Below are positions 1 to 9,790 of a DNA stretch of 49,599 nt, in pieces. The notes beneath the pieces were generated by a model. The model worked only from the letters and a program-made list of their open reading frames with translations. It ran no database searches and had not been told where the DNA came from. How positions within the stretch are numbered: the stretch's first letter is position 1; every line of letters begins with the position of its first letter. The translations under genes and the position numbers were made by a program. This DNA comes from Syntrophomonadaceae bacterium (GTDB lineage: Bacteria > Bacillota > Syntrophomonadia > Syntrophomonadales > Syntrophomonadaceae): positions 1 to 49,599 of the forward strand of contig JAQVWB010000001.1 in NCBI GenBank assembly GCA_028698695.1, in the 5' to 3' direction.

Positions 1-378
1 CAGTTTGAAGCTGCCCATTCAATTGGTATGACACATTTCCAGACCATGCAAAGTGTAATAATTCCCCAGGCTATCCGTAATATTCTGCCGGCTACCAGTA
101 ATGAATTTGTGATTAACATCAAAGATAGTTCGGTGCTTATGGTTATCGGGGTTACTGAATTGTTTTTTCAATCTAAATCAGTAGCGGGTATCTATTATAA
201 ATTCTTTGAAGTCTTTCTCATAACTTCGATAATTTATTTAACTATGACCTTTACCGTTACCAGAATACTTCGCTATCTGGAAACCAAACTGGATGGTCCG
301 GCCGTTTATACTATTCATGGGTCGCAAACAGTTCCGGAGGCTTCATTCAGAATAGTGGACCGGGAGAAATTGCAATGA
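1..378 (+). CDS. amino-acid ABC transporter permease, C-terminal part (5' end upstream of window)
   Basis: Frame 1 is open from base 1 ([30 protein letters not shown]...), matching the EAA-loop signature of polar amino-acid permeases. The stop overlaps the next start (ATGA at 375-378). Confidence 0.85.
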   Translation, partial: QFEAAHSIGMTHFQTMQSVIIPQAIRNILPATSNEFVINIKDSSVLMVIGVTELFFQSKSVAGIYYKFFEVFLITSIIYLTMTFTVTRILRYLETKLDGPAVYTIHGSQTVPEASFRIVDREKLQ

Positions 379-1112
379 AAAATATTATTGAAATTCGCCA
401 TTTAAAAAAATCTTTTGGAAATAACGAAGTCTTAAAGGATATTAATTTTTCGGTCAGCAAGGGCGAAGTAGTATGTATAATCGGATCCAGCGGTTCTGGA
501 AAATCAACTTTGTTGCGCTGCCTGAATCTGTTGGAGTATCCTACCAGCGGGGAAATACTGTACCGTGGACAAAATATTCTGGAACATAATATGAGCAATG
601 CTGTGTATCGGGCGAAAATGGGTATGGTATTTCAGCAGTTTAACCTTTTTAATAATCTGACCGTTCTCGATAATTGCATGGTTGGCCAGATAAAGGTTTT
701 AAAAAAGGATACCCGGGAAGCTAGAAAGTCTGCTATGCAATATTTGGAACTGGTAGGCATGACGCGGTTTATTAATGCCAGGCCCAATCAGATTTCCGGA
801 GGTCAAAAGCAGCGGGTAGCTATTGCCCGGGCACTGTCGATGGAACCGGAAGCCCTGTTGTTTGATGAACCTACCAGTGCCCTGGACCCAGAATTGGTCG
901 GTGAAGTTTTGAGGGTTATGAAAAATCTGGCCCAAAGCGGTTTGACCATGCTGGTAGTTACCCATGAGATGGGTTTTGCCCGTGATGTAGCCAACCGGGT
1001 GGTGTTTATGGATAGTGGAGTAATTGTTGAGGATGATGTACCGGAACTAATATTTAATAACCCCAAAAACGAAAGAACGCGTATTTTCCTGAAACGCATT
1101 CTGGAGGATTAA
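375..1112 (+). CDS. amino-acid ABC transporter ATP-binding protein
   Basis: Walker [13 protein letters not shown] signature [15 protein letters not shown], Walker [13 protein letters not shown]-loop VTHEM. Translationally coupled to the permease. Confidence 0.95.
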   Translation: MKNIIEIRHLKKSFGNNEVLKDINFSVSKGEVVCIIGSSGSGKSTLLRCLNLLEYPTSGEILYRGQNILEHNMSNAVYRAKMGMVFQQFNLFNNLTVLDNCMVGQIKVLKKDTREARKSAMQYLELVGMTRFINARPNQISGGQKQRVAIARALSMEPEALLFDEPTSALDPELVGEVLRVMKNLAQSGLTMLVVTHEMGFARDVANRVVFMDSGVIVEDDVPELIFNNPKNERTRIFLKRILED

Positions 1113-1204
1113 TTCAGGTCAGGTTTTAACTTAATAAGATAATCGGGGATGGTTAGTGACATGACTCTACGCAGAGACATGTCAGTAGCCATCTTCTTTT
1201 TTCA

Positions 1205-1258
1205 GCATCCGCGGAAACTTTTAGTTTCCGCGGATGCGGCATGGGACTTTGCCTTTTT
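1205..1258 (+). terminator. perfect 15-bp palindromic hairpin followed by a small hairpin and T5; probable terminator of the ABC operon
   Basis: GCATCCGCGGAAACT-TTT-AGTTTCCGCGGATGC (1205-1237), then GGCA..TGCC and TTTTT (1254-1258). The T tract is not directly adjacent to the main stem, so the assignment is tentative. Confidence 0.35.
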
Positions 1259-1333
1259 ACCGCATGAGTTGTACAGGGCAGGCATATATTTATTTAAAGT
1301 TAAAAATGGGAGTGTTGCACAGGGGGGAAGAGC

Positions 1334-1612
1334 ATGGAAAAACGCCGCGAAGTAATTGGCCGGGTTATGGCGGAATTTTTAGAGATACCTCAGGATCTGG
1401 TCTTGGATATTCCCAAGCTCAGTATTATTGGTCGTAATGAAATCTATGTGGAAAACCATAAGGGTATTATTGAATATTATCCCCACCGGCTCAGGATAAA
1501 TTTAAGTCGTGGGTTTGTCGAAATTGAAGGCAATGATTTGGAAATAAAGGCACTTATGACGGATGAAATGTATATTGGCGGGATAATTAACTCTATAAAA
1601 TATCATGACTGA
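1334..1612 (+). CDS. yqfC: sporulation protein YqfC (YabP/YqfC family)
   Basis: 92 aa with an RBS GGGGGAAG upstream. Sequence and size are typical of YqfC, and it lies directly upstream of yqfD as in Bacillus and Clostridia. Confidence 0.85.
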   Translation: MEKRREVIGRVMAEFLEIPQDLVLDIPKLSIIGRNEIYVENHKGIIEYYPHRLRINLSRGFVEIEGNDLEIKALMTDEMYIGGIINSIKYHD

Positions 1613-1631
1613 TTAGTGGAGGGAATGATCT

Positions 1632-1832
1632 ATGGCTAAGCGTTTCTTTGAACAGGTAGGTGGAATAATAAGTGTTCTCCTGCCAGGAAACAATCCGGAA
1701 AAAATAATAAATATGGCTCTATCAAGGGGTATAATCATAACTGACTTAAAACAGCAACCCGACGGGATGCATTTTAAGATTCGCAGCAGTGCTTTTAGTG
1801 CATTAAAAAGTATTGCTGAAGAAAATGGATAA
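1632..1832 (+). CDS. yqfD: N-terminal fragment of stage IV sporulation protein YqfD (ends at in-frame TAA)
   Basis: 66 aa with RBS GGAGGG. It is in the same frame as 1836-2855 and separated only by TAA 1830-1832 plus one codon. It corresponds to the cytoplasmic N-terminal region that precedes the YqfD transmembrane helix. Confidence 0.6.
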   Translation: MAKRFFEQVGGIISVLLPGNNPEKIINMALSRGIIITDLKQQPDGMHFKIRSSAFSALKSIAEENG

Positions 1833-1835
1833 GGT

Positions 1836-2855
1836 TTGGAAATAGTCGATAAACGTGGTTTGCCTTTTTATAAAGCTATTTTAAAACGGAGAATGGGTTT
1901 TATTGTTGGCGGGATAATATTTATTCTAAGTTTATACTTGCTTTCATCCTTTGTTATGTTCATTGAAGTAAGTGGAAATGAAAACGTAAACTCTACACGA
2001 ATTATGCAAAGTGCTGCCCGGCATGGTCTGCAGCCAGGTGCTCCCAAATGGACTTTCAGCCGTAGTGATATAGAAAAAAATATGCTGGTGGAGATAGAGG
2101 AATTATCTTATGTGTGTGTTGAAATAAAAGGCATATCTGCCAGTATTAAAGTAGTAGAAAAAGTATTGCCCAAAGAAGAAATTACCGGCCCTTGCCATAT
2201 GGTGGCTTGTAAAGACGGAGTAATAAATGAAGTATTGGTGTTGGAGGGACAAAGCAGAGTAGCAGCCGGGGATGTAGTAGCCCGGGGAGACGTACTGATT
2301 TCAGGAATTGTAACACCGGAGACTAATCCTTATATGCCTGCTGACACAGTTTATCTTCCTTATGCGGTAAGAGCGCGTGGTATTGTTAAGGCTCAAATAT
2401 GGTATGAAGGTTATGGGGAGTGTCATTTGCGGGAAGTGATTTTCCAGGAGGGTAAAACTGAAACCGCGCACAGATTAAAAACCCCTTGGGGTAAGGTAGC
2501 TTTATCCCGTAATCAGCAGTCAGGTTTTGAATATTATAGCAGCAAAAAATATAATCGCCATTTCAAAACCCCATGGGGAAGGCTGACTTATGAGAAAGAA
2601 TTACGGCAGGAAAAAATCAGAGTCGTGGCAGAATACTCTGAGCGGCAGGGGATAGAGATTGCCCGACAGAAGGCTATGCAGGAGTTACAAAAAAAACTTA
2701 AGAATAATAAGCCGGTTGGAAAGCCTAAGATGGATATTTTATCCTCTCCCAGTGAACCAATTATAAGAATTAAACTGATAGTCGAAACCAGTGAAAATAT
2801 AGCAGTAGCACAGCCGGTAATTGATGAGGAAATGGTTATTGATGAGCTCATGTGA
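1836..2855 (+). CDS. yqfD: stage IV sporulation protein YqfD, main part (TM helix plus C-terminal domain)
   Basis: 339 aa. KRGLPFYKAILKRRMGFIVGGIIFILSLYLL aligns with the B. subtilis YqfD RKGFPFLLLKSKLNIGFTIGF segment. It begins at TTG immediately after the in-frame stop. Confidence 0.8.
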   Translation: MEIVDKRGLPFYKAILKRRMGFIVGGIIFILSLYLLSSFVMFIEVSGNENVNSTRIMQSAARHGLQPGAPKWTFSRSDIEKNMLVEIEELSYVCVEIKGISASIKVVEKVLPKEEITGPCHMVACKDGVINEVLVLEGQSRVAAGDVVARGDVLISGIVTPETNPYMPADTVYLPYAVRARGIVKAQIWYEGYGECHLREVIFQEGKTETAHRLKTPWGKVALSRNQQSGFEYYSSKKYNRHFKTPWGRLTYEKELRQEKIRVVAEYSERQGIEIARQKAMQELQKKLKNNKPVGKPKMDILSSPSEPIIRIKLIVETSENIAVAQPVIDEEMVIDELM

Positions 2856-2901
2856 TATAATAACTTAGATATCGGCAAACTAGATCAGGAGGATTCTGTT
2901 A

Positions 2902-3873
2902 TTGCTCGAGAAGGAAAATAAAATAACTATTGGCAACATTGAATCAGCTACAATATTTTTTGGTAGTGGAGATGAAAATTTTCGTTACCTGCGTTCTATA
3001 TCCGGAGCAGATATTTCAGCCCGGGGAGCAGAAGTATTTATAAAAGGGAAGCAGGAAGAGGTGGAATTTTCGTCTGAATTAATTCGTAACCTGCTTGATA
3101 TTGTTGAGACAGAACACCGCCTCGGTATTAATGATATAAACTATATGAACAACCTGCTCAGGAGGGGCGAAAAAGCCAGATATAAGGATATTGTATCGGG
3201 AATATTGCTTAATTCGGTTAGCGGCAAAGCTATCAAGGCTAAAACCCTGGGGCAAAAACGCTATATTCAAGCAATACTAAAGGATGATGTAGTTTTTGGG
3301 ATTGGTCCGGCAGGGACCGGTAAAACCTATTTGGCAGTTGTGATGGCGGTAAGAGCTTTGCGCAATAAAGAAGTTGAACGTATTATCTTGGTACGTCCGG
3401 CAGTTGAAGCAGGTGAGAAACTGGGTTTTCTGCCGGGAGATTTAATTGAAAAGGTTAATCCTTATCTCAGACCCCTTTATGACAGTTTGTTTGATATTTT
3501 AGGTGTTGATATTACGCAGCGATATTTGGAAAAGAATATTATCGAGGTGGCTCCTTTGGCCTATATGCGGGGACGAACCTTAAATGATGCTTTTATAATT
3601 TTGGATGAAGCTCAGAACACGACTCCCCAGCAGATGAAGATGTTTTTAACTCGCCTGGGATTTGGCTCAAAAGCAGTTATTACCGGCGATATTACCCAGG
3701 TTGATCTTCCTGTCGATGAGTACTCGGGTTTAATTGAGGTACAAAAAATTTTGTCCCATGTCAAAGGAGTATCGTTTGAATACCTGACTAAGGAAGATGT
3801 GATTCGTCATCCACTGGTTCAACTTATTATTAATGCCTATGAACAACATGATGAACGCATTTCCAGCCACTAG
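2902..3873 (+). CDS. phoH: PhoH-family ATPase
   Basis: Walker A GPAGTGKTY and Walker B-like FIILDEAQN. TTG start 9 nt after AGGAGG. Conserved position after yqfD. Confidence 0.92.
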   Translation: MLEKENKITIGNIESATIFFGSGDENFRYLRSISGADISARGAEVFIKGKQEEVEFSSELIRNLLDIVETEHRLGINDINYMNNLLRRGEKARYKDIVSGILLNSVSGKAIKAKTLGQKRYIQAILKDDVVFGIGPAGTGKTYLAVVMAVRALRNKEVERIILVRPAVEAGEKLGFLPGDLIEKVNPYLRPLYDSLFDILGVDITQRYLEKNIIEVAPLAYMRGRTLNDAFIILDEAQNTTPQQMKMFLTRLGFGSKAVITGDITQVDLPVDEYSGLIEVQKILSHVKGVSFEYLTKEDVIRHPLVQLIINAYEQHDERISSH

Positions 3874-3889
3874 CTAAGGAGCATTTTTT

Positions 3890-6085
3890 ATGAGGATACC
3901 TAATATCCTTAATTTTATATGGAACAGAATTAAACTTTTCTTCACTAATTCAGCAGTTCAAAAGACTTTGGGTATTCTGCTTTTCTTTTCTATTACCATT
4001 CTTATTTTATTTAGCAGTTACAGCCCCAATCAGGTAGCCCTGCATCCCGATGAAGTTGCCCAGCAGGATATCCGCTCAGAAATAAATGCTGTAGTAATCG
4101 ATTATAAACAAACGGCAGTTTTACAGAATCAGGCAGCTGAGGGTGTACAGAAGGTATATCAGGAAGACCAGTATGCACTCACCAACATGCAGAATGAAAT
4201 AAACCGTTTTTACAATAACATAATCGAAATAAAAATAGCCGGTATTAACAAACAGGAAGAATTACAAAGCCTGATAACAGAAATAAATAGCAGGCATGAA
4301 CAATTCGAACAGAATTACACTGACAAGCAATTAGCCAGTTATATACTTCTTACTCCCGATGAAGATCTGGAGCAGATTCATTCCACCTCTCTCGGTCTGG
4401 TCGAAAATATTATGAATAAGCCGGTTACCGAAGAAACCATGGAAGATGCATTTCACCGAACTGTAACTCAAACCAATACCCTGAGTTATGCTCCCCAGGC
4501 CAGAGATTTAATAAATATTTCTATTATAAACAGCTTGCGTCCCAATCTGGTTTTTAACAAAGAAGCTACTGACAAAGCTATTAATGAAGCTATGGAAGCA
4601 GTTGAACCGGTGCAGAAAAATATCAAGGCCGGGGAAATTATTGTGCGGGCTGGGGACAGGGTTACGCCTGAACAAATATCGGCTTTGGAACAGTTGGGGA
4701 TACAGAGGACGGAGAGTTACTCATTAACATTAATCGGAGTATTTTTACTGGTTATACTTACGTTTTGGCTGGTAATAGAATTTATTCGTCGTTATCACAG
4801 AGAGATATTTAACAATGATCGCATGATGATACTTATTGGTTTAGTCTTTGTATTGATGCTCTTATTGACCAGGTTTATGGCCATTATTGAGATTGATGGA
4901 CGCACAGAAATAAATGCCTTGATTGGTTATATGGCTCCAGTTGCGGCGGGTTCTATGTTAATTGCCATACTGTTGGATAATCGCCTGGCCTATTTTATGA
5001 CTATGATAATGGCTATATATGTCGGACTCATAAATGAAGGCAACCAATTGTTCTATGCAATTGTTGCTTTTGCTGGTGGCACCATGGGAGTATTTCAGGT
5101 ACACCGGGTTAATCAAACTTCTGATCTGGCAAAATCGGGACTGTATATTGCCCTGGTCAACATAGTTACCATTTTGACCTTGTTGCTCGTAAGTGGCAAT
5201 GTTAAGCTTGATGTTGTATTTATGGCAATTATAATCGGGATTATTAATGGATTGTTATCAGCAGTTCTTATGATTGGAGTGCTGCCTTATCTGGAAACAG
5301 CTTTTTCCATAACCAGTATGGTGAAGTTGTTGGAGTTGACCAATCCCAATCATTATTTATTAAAGCGGTTATTATTGGAAGCGCCTGGTACTTACCATCA
5401 CAGCCTAATGGTGGGAAACCTGGCAGAAGCTTCAGCTGAATCAATAGGAGCTAATCCCTTGCTTGTACGGGTAGGGGCATATTATCATGATATAGGTAAA
5501 CTAAAAAGACCGGATTATTTTGTGGAGAACCAACAGGGATTTGATAATCCCCATGAAAAAATTGCTCCGGCACTTAGTGCCTTAATTATTACTTCCCATG
5601 TTAAAGATGGGGTGGAATTGGCCCGGGAAGCTCATATTCCGGAAGTTATTATTGATTTTATTGAGCAACATCATGGTACAAGCCTGGCCAAATATTTTTA
5701 CAGCCGGGCACTGGAGGAAGATCGGGACGGGAATATCAGTGAGGATAATTTCCGCTATGCGGGGCCAAAACCGCAAAGCAAAGAGGTAGCTTTGGTTATG
5801 CTGGCAGATTCAGTTGAAGCAGCTATACGCTCATTAAGTGAACCAACCCCTGCCAAGATTAAGAATATGGTTCGTCTTATAATAAAAGATAAATTAAATG
5901 ACGATCAACTGGAGTCAAGTGCTTTAACTTTTAAGGATCTGGATGTTATAGCCAATTCGTTTTGCAAAATACTGGAAGGAGTCTATCACCGCCGAATTGA
6001 ATATCCGGAAATTATAATAAAAGAATTTCAGAAAAGGGGAGAATCCCATGGAGACCATGATCATCAACCAGCAGAACAAAGTTGA
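3890..6085 (+). CDS. 7TM-receptor HD/HDIG-domain phosphohydrolase (YqfF/PgpH-like)
   Basis: 731 aa: N-terminal extracellular region, multiple TM helices, then an HD domain (HHSLMVGNLA, YYHDIGK, FIEQHHGT). Confidence 0.9.
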   Translation: MRIPNILNFIWNRIKLFFTNSAVQKTLGILLFFSITILILFSSYSPNQVALHPDEVAQQDIRSEINAVVIDYKQTAVLQNQAAEGVQKVYQEDQYALTNMQNEINRFYNNIIEIKIAGINKQEELQSLITEINSRHEQFEQNYTDKQLASYILLTPDEDLEQIHSTSLGLVENIMNKPVTEETMEDAFHRTVTQTNTLSYAPQARDLINISIINSLRPNLVFNKEATDKAINEAMEAVEPVQKNIKAGEIIVRAGDRVTPEQISALEQLGIQRTESYSLTLIGVFLLVILTFWLVIEFIRRYHREIFNNDRMMILIGLVFVLMLLLTRFMAIIEIDGRTEINALIGYMAPVAAGSMLIAILLDNRLAYFMTMIMAIYVGLINEGNQLFYAIVAFAGGTMGVFQVHRVNQTSDLAKSGLYIALVNIVTILTLLLVSGNVKLDVVFMAIIIGIINGLLSAVLMIGVLPYLETAFSITSMVKLLELTNPNHYLLKRLLLEAPGTYHHSLMVGNLAEASAESIGANPLLVRVGAYYHDIGKLKRPDYFVENQQGFDNPHEKIAPALSALIITSHVKDGVELAREAHIPEVIIDFIEQHHGTSLAKYFYSRALEEDRDGNISEDNFRYAGPKPQSKEVALVMLADSVEAAIRSLSEPTPAKIKNMVRLIIKDKLNDDQLESSALTFKDLDVIANSFCKILEGVYHRRIEYPEIIIKEFQKRGESHGDHDHQPAEQS

Positions 6086-6518
6086 ATATACCAGGGAACT
6101 GCAACAGGTGATCAATCAGGTTATTAAAGCAGCTGCCCGTTTAACTAAACTGCCGGAAAACTCGGAAGTAAGTGTAATGATAGTAGATAACAGTTATATA
6201 CAGGAGCTAAATTTTATTTACCGCAATCAAAATCGGCCCACTGATGTATTGAGTTTTGCTATGAATGAACTGGGTGAAGATGAACCGGATTTTGACTTTT
6301 CAGGAGATACCCATGTATTGGGTGATATTGTAATATCGTTGGAACAGGCTTTAAATCAAAGTGAAGAATATGGGCATTCCCTGCAAAGGGAATTGGGTTT
6401 TTTAGTTGTCCATGGTATGCTTCACCTGCTGGGTTATGACCATGAGGTAGAAGTGGAAACTCAGCTAATGAGAGGCCTGGAGGAAAAAATCATGCAGGCG
6501 GCAAATCTGGAGAGATAA
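6048..6518 (+). CDS. ybeY: rRNA maturation endoribonuclease YbeY
   Basis: Zinc motif HGMLHLLGYDH. RBS AGGGGAG 6 nt before the ATG. Overlaps the end of the preceding gene. Confidence 0.93.
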   Translation: METMIINQQNKVEYTRELQQVINQVIKAAARLTKLPENSEVSVMIVDNSYIQELNFIYRNQNRPTDVLSFAMNELGEDEPDFDFSGDTHVLGDIVISLEQALNQSEEYGHSLQRELGFLVVHGMLHLLGYDHEVEVETQLMRGLEEKIMQAANLER

Positions 6519-6522
6519 AAAC

Positions 6523-6882
6523 ATGGGTAAAAACACACTGAGTACAAGCTTCGGATATGCTATTGATGGAGTGTTATATGCCTTTTTGCGGGAGCGAAAT
6601 ATGAAAATCCATCTGCTGGCTGCCGTAATCGTTGTTATAGCCGGTATTTATTTGGGAATCGACCGACTGGAATGGGGATTACTTTCGTTGACAGTGGCAT
6701 TGGTTATAATTACTGAAGTAATTAATACGGCCATTGAAAAGACGGTTGATTTGGTTACAGACCAGTATCACCCTCTGGCTAAACTGGCTAAAAACATGGC
6801 TGCCGGGGCAGTTTTATTAAGCGCAATTAATGCATTAATAATGGCGGCTGTAATATTTGGACCATACCTGATATTATGGTAA
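6523..6882 (+). CDS. dgkA: diacylglycerol/undecaprenol kinase
   Basis: 119 aa, three TM helices, conserved EVINTAIE motif. Conserved ybeY-dgkA-cdd-era order. Confidence 0.9.
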   Translation: MGKNTLSTSFGYAIDGVLYAFLRERNMKIHLLAAVIVVIAGIYLGIDRLEWGLLSLTVALVIITEVINTAIEKTVDLVTDQYHPLAKLAKNMAAGAVLLSAINALIMAAVIFGPYLILW

Positions 6883-6901
6883 AGTATGAAGGAGTTTATA
6901 A

Positions 6902-7285
6902 ATGGATCATCGTAAACTGATAGAGTTGTCAAGGCAGGCGCAGACAGGTGCATATGTTCCCTACTCAGGTTTTAAAGTCGGCGCCGCTCTGCTTACTAAT
7001 ACAGGCAGGATTTATACTGGAGCTAATATTGAAAATGCCTCCTACGGTTTAACCGTATGTGCTGAACGCATAGCAGTATTTAAGGCAATTAATGATGGGG
7101 AAAAAGAATTTGACTGTATAGCTATAACCGCTTCCAGGGGATGGCCATATCCTTGCGGTGCTTGTCGGCAGGTATTGGCGGAATTTTCTCCTCACATGAA
7201 AGTTATAGTAAGTGATGAGAATAATAGTACCAGGGAATACTTATTAACAGAGTTATTGCCACAGACATTTTCTCTGGATATTTAG
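6902..7285 (+). CDS. cdd: cytidine deaminase
   Basis: Zinc-ligand motifs CAERIA and PCGACRQ; 127 aa. Confidence 0.93.
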   Translation: MDHRKLIELSRQAQTGAYVPYSGFKVGAALLTNTGRIYTGANIENASYGLTVCAERIAVFKAINDGEKEFDCIAITASRGWPYPCGACRQVLAEFSPHMKVIVSDENNSTREYLLTELLPQTFSLDI

Positions 7286-7298
7286 GAGGGCATAGTTG

Positions 7299-8177
7299 GT
7301 GAAATCGGGATTCGTAAGTATAGTGGGTCGGCCTAATGTAGGCAAATCCACTTTAATGAATACCTTAATTGGACAAAAAGTAGCAATCGTTTCGGAAAAA
7401 CCGCAAACAACCAGAACGCGTATCCAGGGAATATATACCTCAGATGCAGGGCAGATTATTTTTATCGATACACCCGGGATTCATAAACCCAAACATCTGC
7501 TGGGTGAATATATGGTCAAGGTATCAACCCGCAGTTTGGAAGAAGTAGATATTATCTATTATATGACTGATGTAACCCGTCCTTTTGGCGGCGGTGAACA
7601 GTTTATTCTTAATCAGCTGAAGGATGCTACAGTTCCAGTTATTATGCTGGTAAATAAAATTGATCTGGCTACCAAAGATCAGGTGGAAGATTTTATCGAA
7701 CCTTTTTTAAGCTATATGAATTTTTCTGAGGTAATTTCAATTTCAGCTACTCAGGGATTAAACTTGGATCTGTTACTTGAAACTACTTTGGGGTATCTCC
7801 CTGAAGGGCCCCTTTACTATCCTGAGGGTGACTTGACTGATCAACCGGCCTCATTTATTGCTGCCGAATTAATTCGGGAGAAAGCCCTGATTTTGACTCG
7901 TGATGAAGTTCCTCATTCATTAGCTGTGGAAGTAGAAGAGTTCAAGCAAAATGATAAAAAGGTATATTTAAGGGCAGTAATTTACACTGAAAGGGATTCG
8001 CAAAAGGGTATAATTATTGGCAAGAATGGACAAATGCTGAAAAATATTGGTGAGCAATCCCGTAAAGATATTGAATATATGCTTGACGCGCCCGTCTATT
8101 TGGACTTATGGGTAAAAGTAAAAAAGAATTGGCGCGATAGCGAAAATAACTTGAATCAACTGGGTTACAGGTTGTAG
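7299..8177 (+). CDS. era: GTPase Era
   Basis: G1 GRPNVGKST, G3 DTPG, G4 NKID, C-terminal KH domain. GTG 7299 is 8 nt after AGGAGGG (TTG 7296 is also possible). Confidence 0.93.
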   Translation: MKSGFVSIVGRPNVGKSTLMNTLIGQKVAIVSEKPQTTRTRIQGIYTSDAGQIIFIDTPGIHKPKHLLGEYMVKVSTRSLEEVDIIYYMTDVTRPFGGGEQFILNQLKDATVPVIMLVNKIDLATKDQVEDFIEPFLSYMNFSEVISISATQGLNLDLLLETTLGYLPEGPLYYPEGDLTDQPASFIAAELIREKALILTRDEVPHSLAVEVEEFKQNDKKVYLRAVIYTERDSQKGIIIGKNGQMLKNIGEQSRKDIEYMLDAPVYLDLWVKVKKNWRDSENNLNQLGYRL

Positions 8178-8193
8178 CTTAATGGAGGCAGGT

Positions 8194-8841
8194 ATGCTGG
8201 CAACTTATCTGGACAGCACCAATCTAAAACCGGACGCTGCAGCTAATGATATTCGATTATTGTGTGAAGAGGCAATTCGTTATCAAATGGCGGCGGTATG
8301 TATTCATCCTTATCGCCTTAAACTGGCAGCCGCTCTTATAAAAAACAGCGGGGTTAATCTATGTACGGTAATCGGGTTTCCGTTGGGGGCCAATACTACT
8401 GCCTGCAAGGTTTTCGAAGCTCGGGAAGCATTGCAAACCGGGGCTGATGAACTGGATATGGTTATAAATATTGCTGCCTTAAAAGATGGGGATGCTTATT
8501 TAATAAATGAAATTAAAGCCTTGCTGGCGTTAAAAGACCAATATGATTTTATTCTTAAAGTTATAGTTGAGACCGCTTTGTTAACTGTTGAAGAATTGAA
8601 ATACCTTACCCAATTGCTTACAAATCTGAAAGCAGACTACATAAAAACTTCTACCGGATTTGCTTCCCGGGGAGTTTCACTTCAGGATATTCAAACAATA
8701 AGTGCTCACAAGGGACCTGATTTAAAGATTAAAGCCAGCGGTGGGATTAAAACCACAGAATTTGCCTGTAAACTAATTGCTGCCGGGGCCAATCGACTGG
8801 GAACCAGCAATGCAGCACAACTATTGGCAGGGTCTGATTGA
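8194..8841 (+). CDS. deoC: deoxyribose-phosphate aldolase
   Basis: YLDSTNLKP N-terminus, VIGFPLG, KVIVET and the Schiff-base lysine context YIKTSTGF. ATG 8194 follows GGAGG (ATG 8182 is an alternative). Confidence 0.88.
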   Translation: MLATYLDSTNLKPDAAANDIRLLCEEAIRYQMAAVCIHPYRLKLAAALIKNSGVNLCTVIGFPLGANTTACKVFEAREALQTGADELDMVINIAALKDGDAYLINEIKALLALKDQYDFILKVIVETALLTVEELKYLTQLLTNLKADYIKTSTGFASRGVSLQDIQTISAHKGPDLKIKASGGIKTTEFACKLIAAGANRLGTSNAAQLLAGSD

Positions 8842-8869
8842 GGGAGAGGCTCAGGCAGGTGACCCCCTC

Positions 8870-9790
8870 TTGAGAGGAAAAACACTATTACTAACTGTTA
8901 TTTTTGCAGCTATTTATGTTTCAGTTATGTTGAACAACCCGGATGAAAGATTAAAAGCCGCCGGTTATAACCAGTTGCTTGATTGGTACGGTTTAACGAT
9001 TGTTCAATTTGCTGAGCTTGAATATGTGCATAATCCGGGGCTGCGGGTTTTAAATGACAACTCATCCCTGAGCATAGAAGCTGTTGTACCGGATGGTAGA
9101 ACTGATTATGCGGACAGACTGGATAACGCCATACTTTCCTGTCAGGCAATAGTTGAATGTTCAGGCATGGATAGCTGGCATACTACTTCCGCAGGGCAAA
9201 AATACCTTGGTTATATGCGGGATAAAATTTATCGGATTGTTGTTTTTGACGGTGGACATCATCTTCCCACCCTGGGAACCAGGCCGGATATAATTATTGT
9301 ACCGGTTTTTAAAGGCTATGCAGTTCATTCCTATATGCGTGATGGAATGAAAGTTGAGTGTTTGACGGCTATATTAAAAGCAATTGATTCACCTTCAGTA
9401 GTTGTTACCGTTCCCCGGTTTTTCATCGTTAAAAGTACCGGTTCTTTAACTGAGGTTGCAAGCAGGGTTATTAGAGATTCGTTGGATAACAGTATGGTAA
9501 ATGAAGAAAATAATCCTGGTCAGGCTAATCGTTATGGCAGTCGATATAAAGATTGTTTATTTGCCTATATTTCCAATAAAGAGGCTGACAACTGGCAGGA
9601 TTTCCTGGTTGGTTTTCAAAAGTTATATACTGAAGATATTAACCAGGTTTACCTGGCTTTCAACTATAATGAAATCAACCGGCAGCAGGCACAGGAGTTT
9701 GCTCAAAAGCTGCAAACCGAGCTGGGTGTACCGGTAGAGATAGTAAACAGCCCGGTCAAGGTTGCAGATTTGATATGGAGTGACAATTAA
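8870..9790 (+). CDS. hypothetical membrane-anchored protein
   Basis: TTG 8870 lies 7 nt after AGGTGA and gives MRGKTLLLTVIFAAIYVSVML (signal-anchor-like). The remaining ~280 aa have no motif I recognise. The stop abuts the recO ATG. Confidence 0.6.
   Translation: MRGKTLLLTVIFAAIYVSVMLNNPDERLKAAGYNQLLDWYGLTIVQFAELEYVHNPGLRVLNDNSSLSIEAVVPDGRTDYADRLDNAILSCQAIVECSGMDSWHTTSAGQKYLGYMRDKIYRIVVFDGGHHLPTLGTRPDIIIVPVFKGYAVHSYMRDGMKVECLTAILKAIDSPSVVVTVPRFFIVKSTGSLTEVASRVIRDSLDNSMVNEENNPGQANRYGSRYKDCLFAYISNKEADNWQDFLVGFQKLYTEDINQVYLAFNYNEINRQQAQEFAQKLQTELGVPVEIVNSPVKVADLIWSDN

Noticed and set aside
1149-1437. ORFs 1149-1355 and 1234-1437 in the ABC-yqfC intergenic region
   Set aside because: They overlap each other, the 33-nt palindrome and the start of yqfC. 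They have no RBS and implausible sequences.
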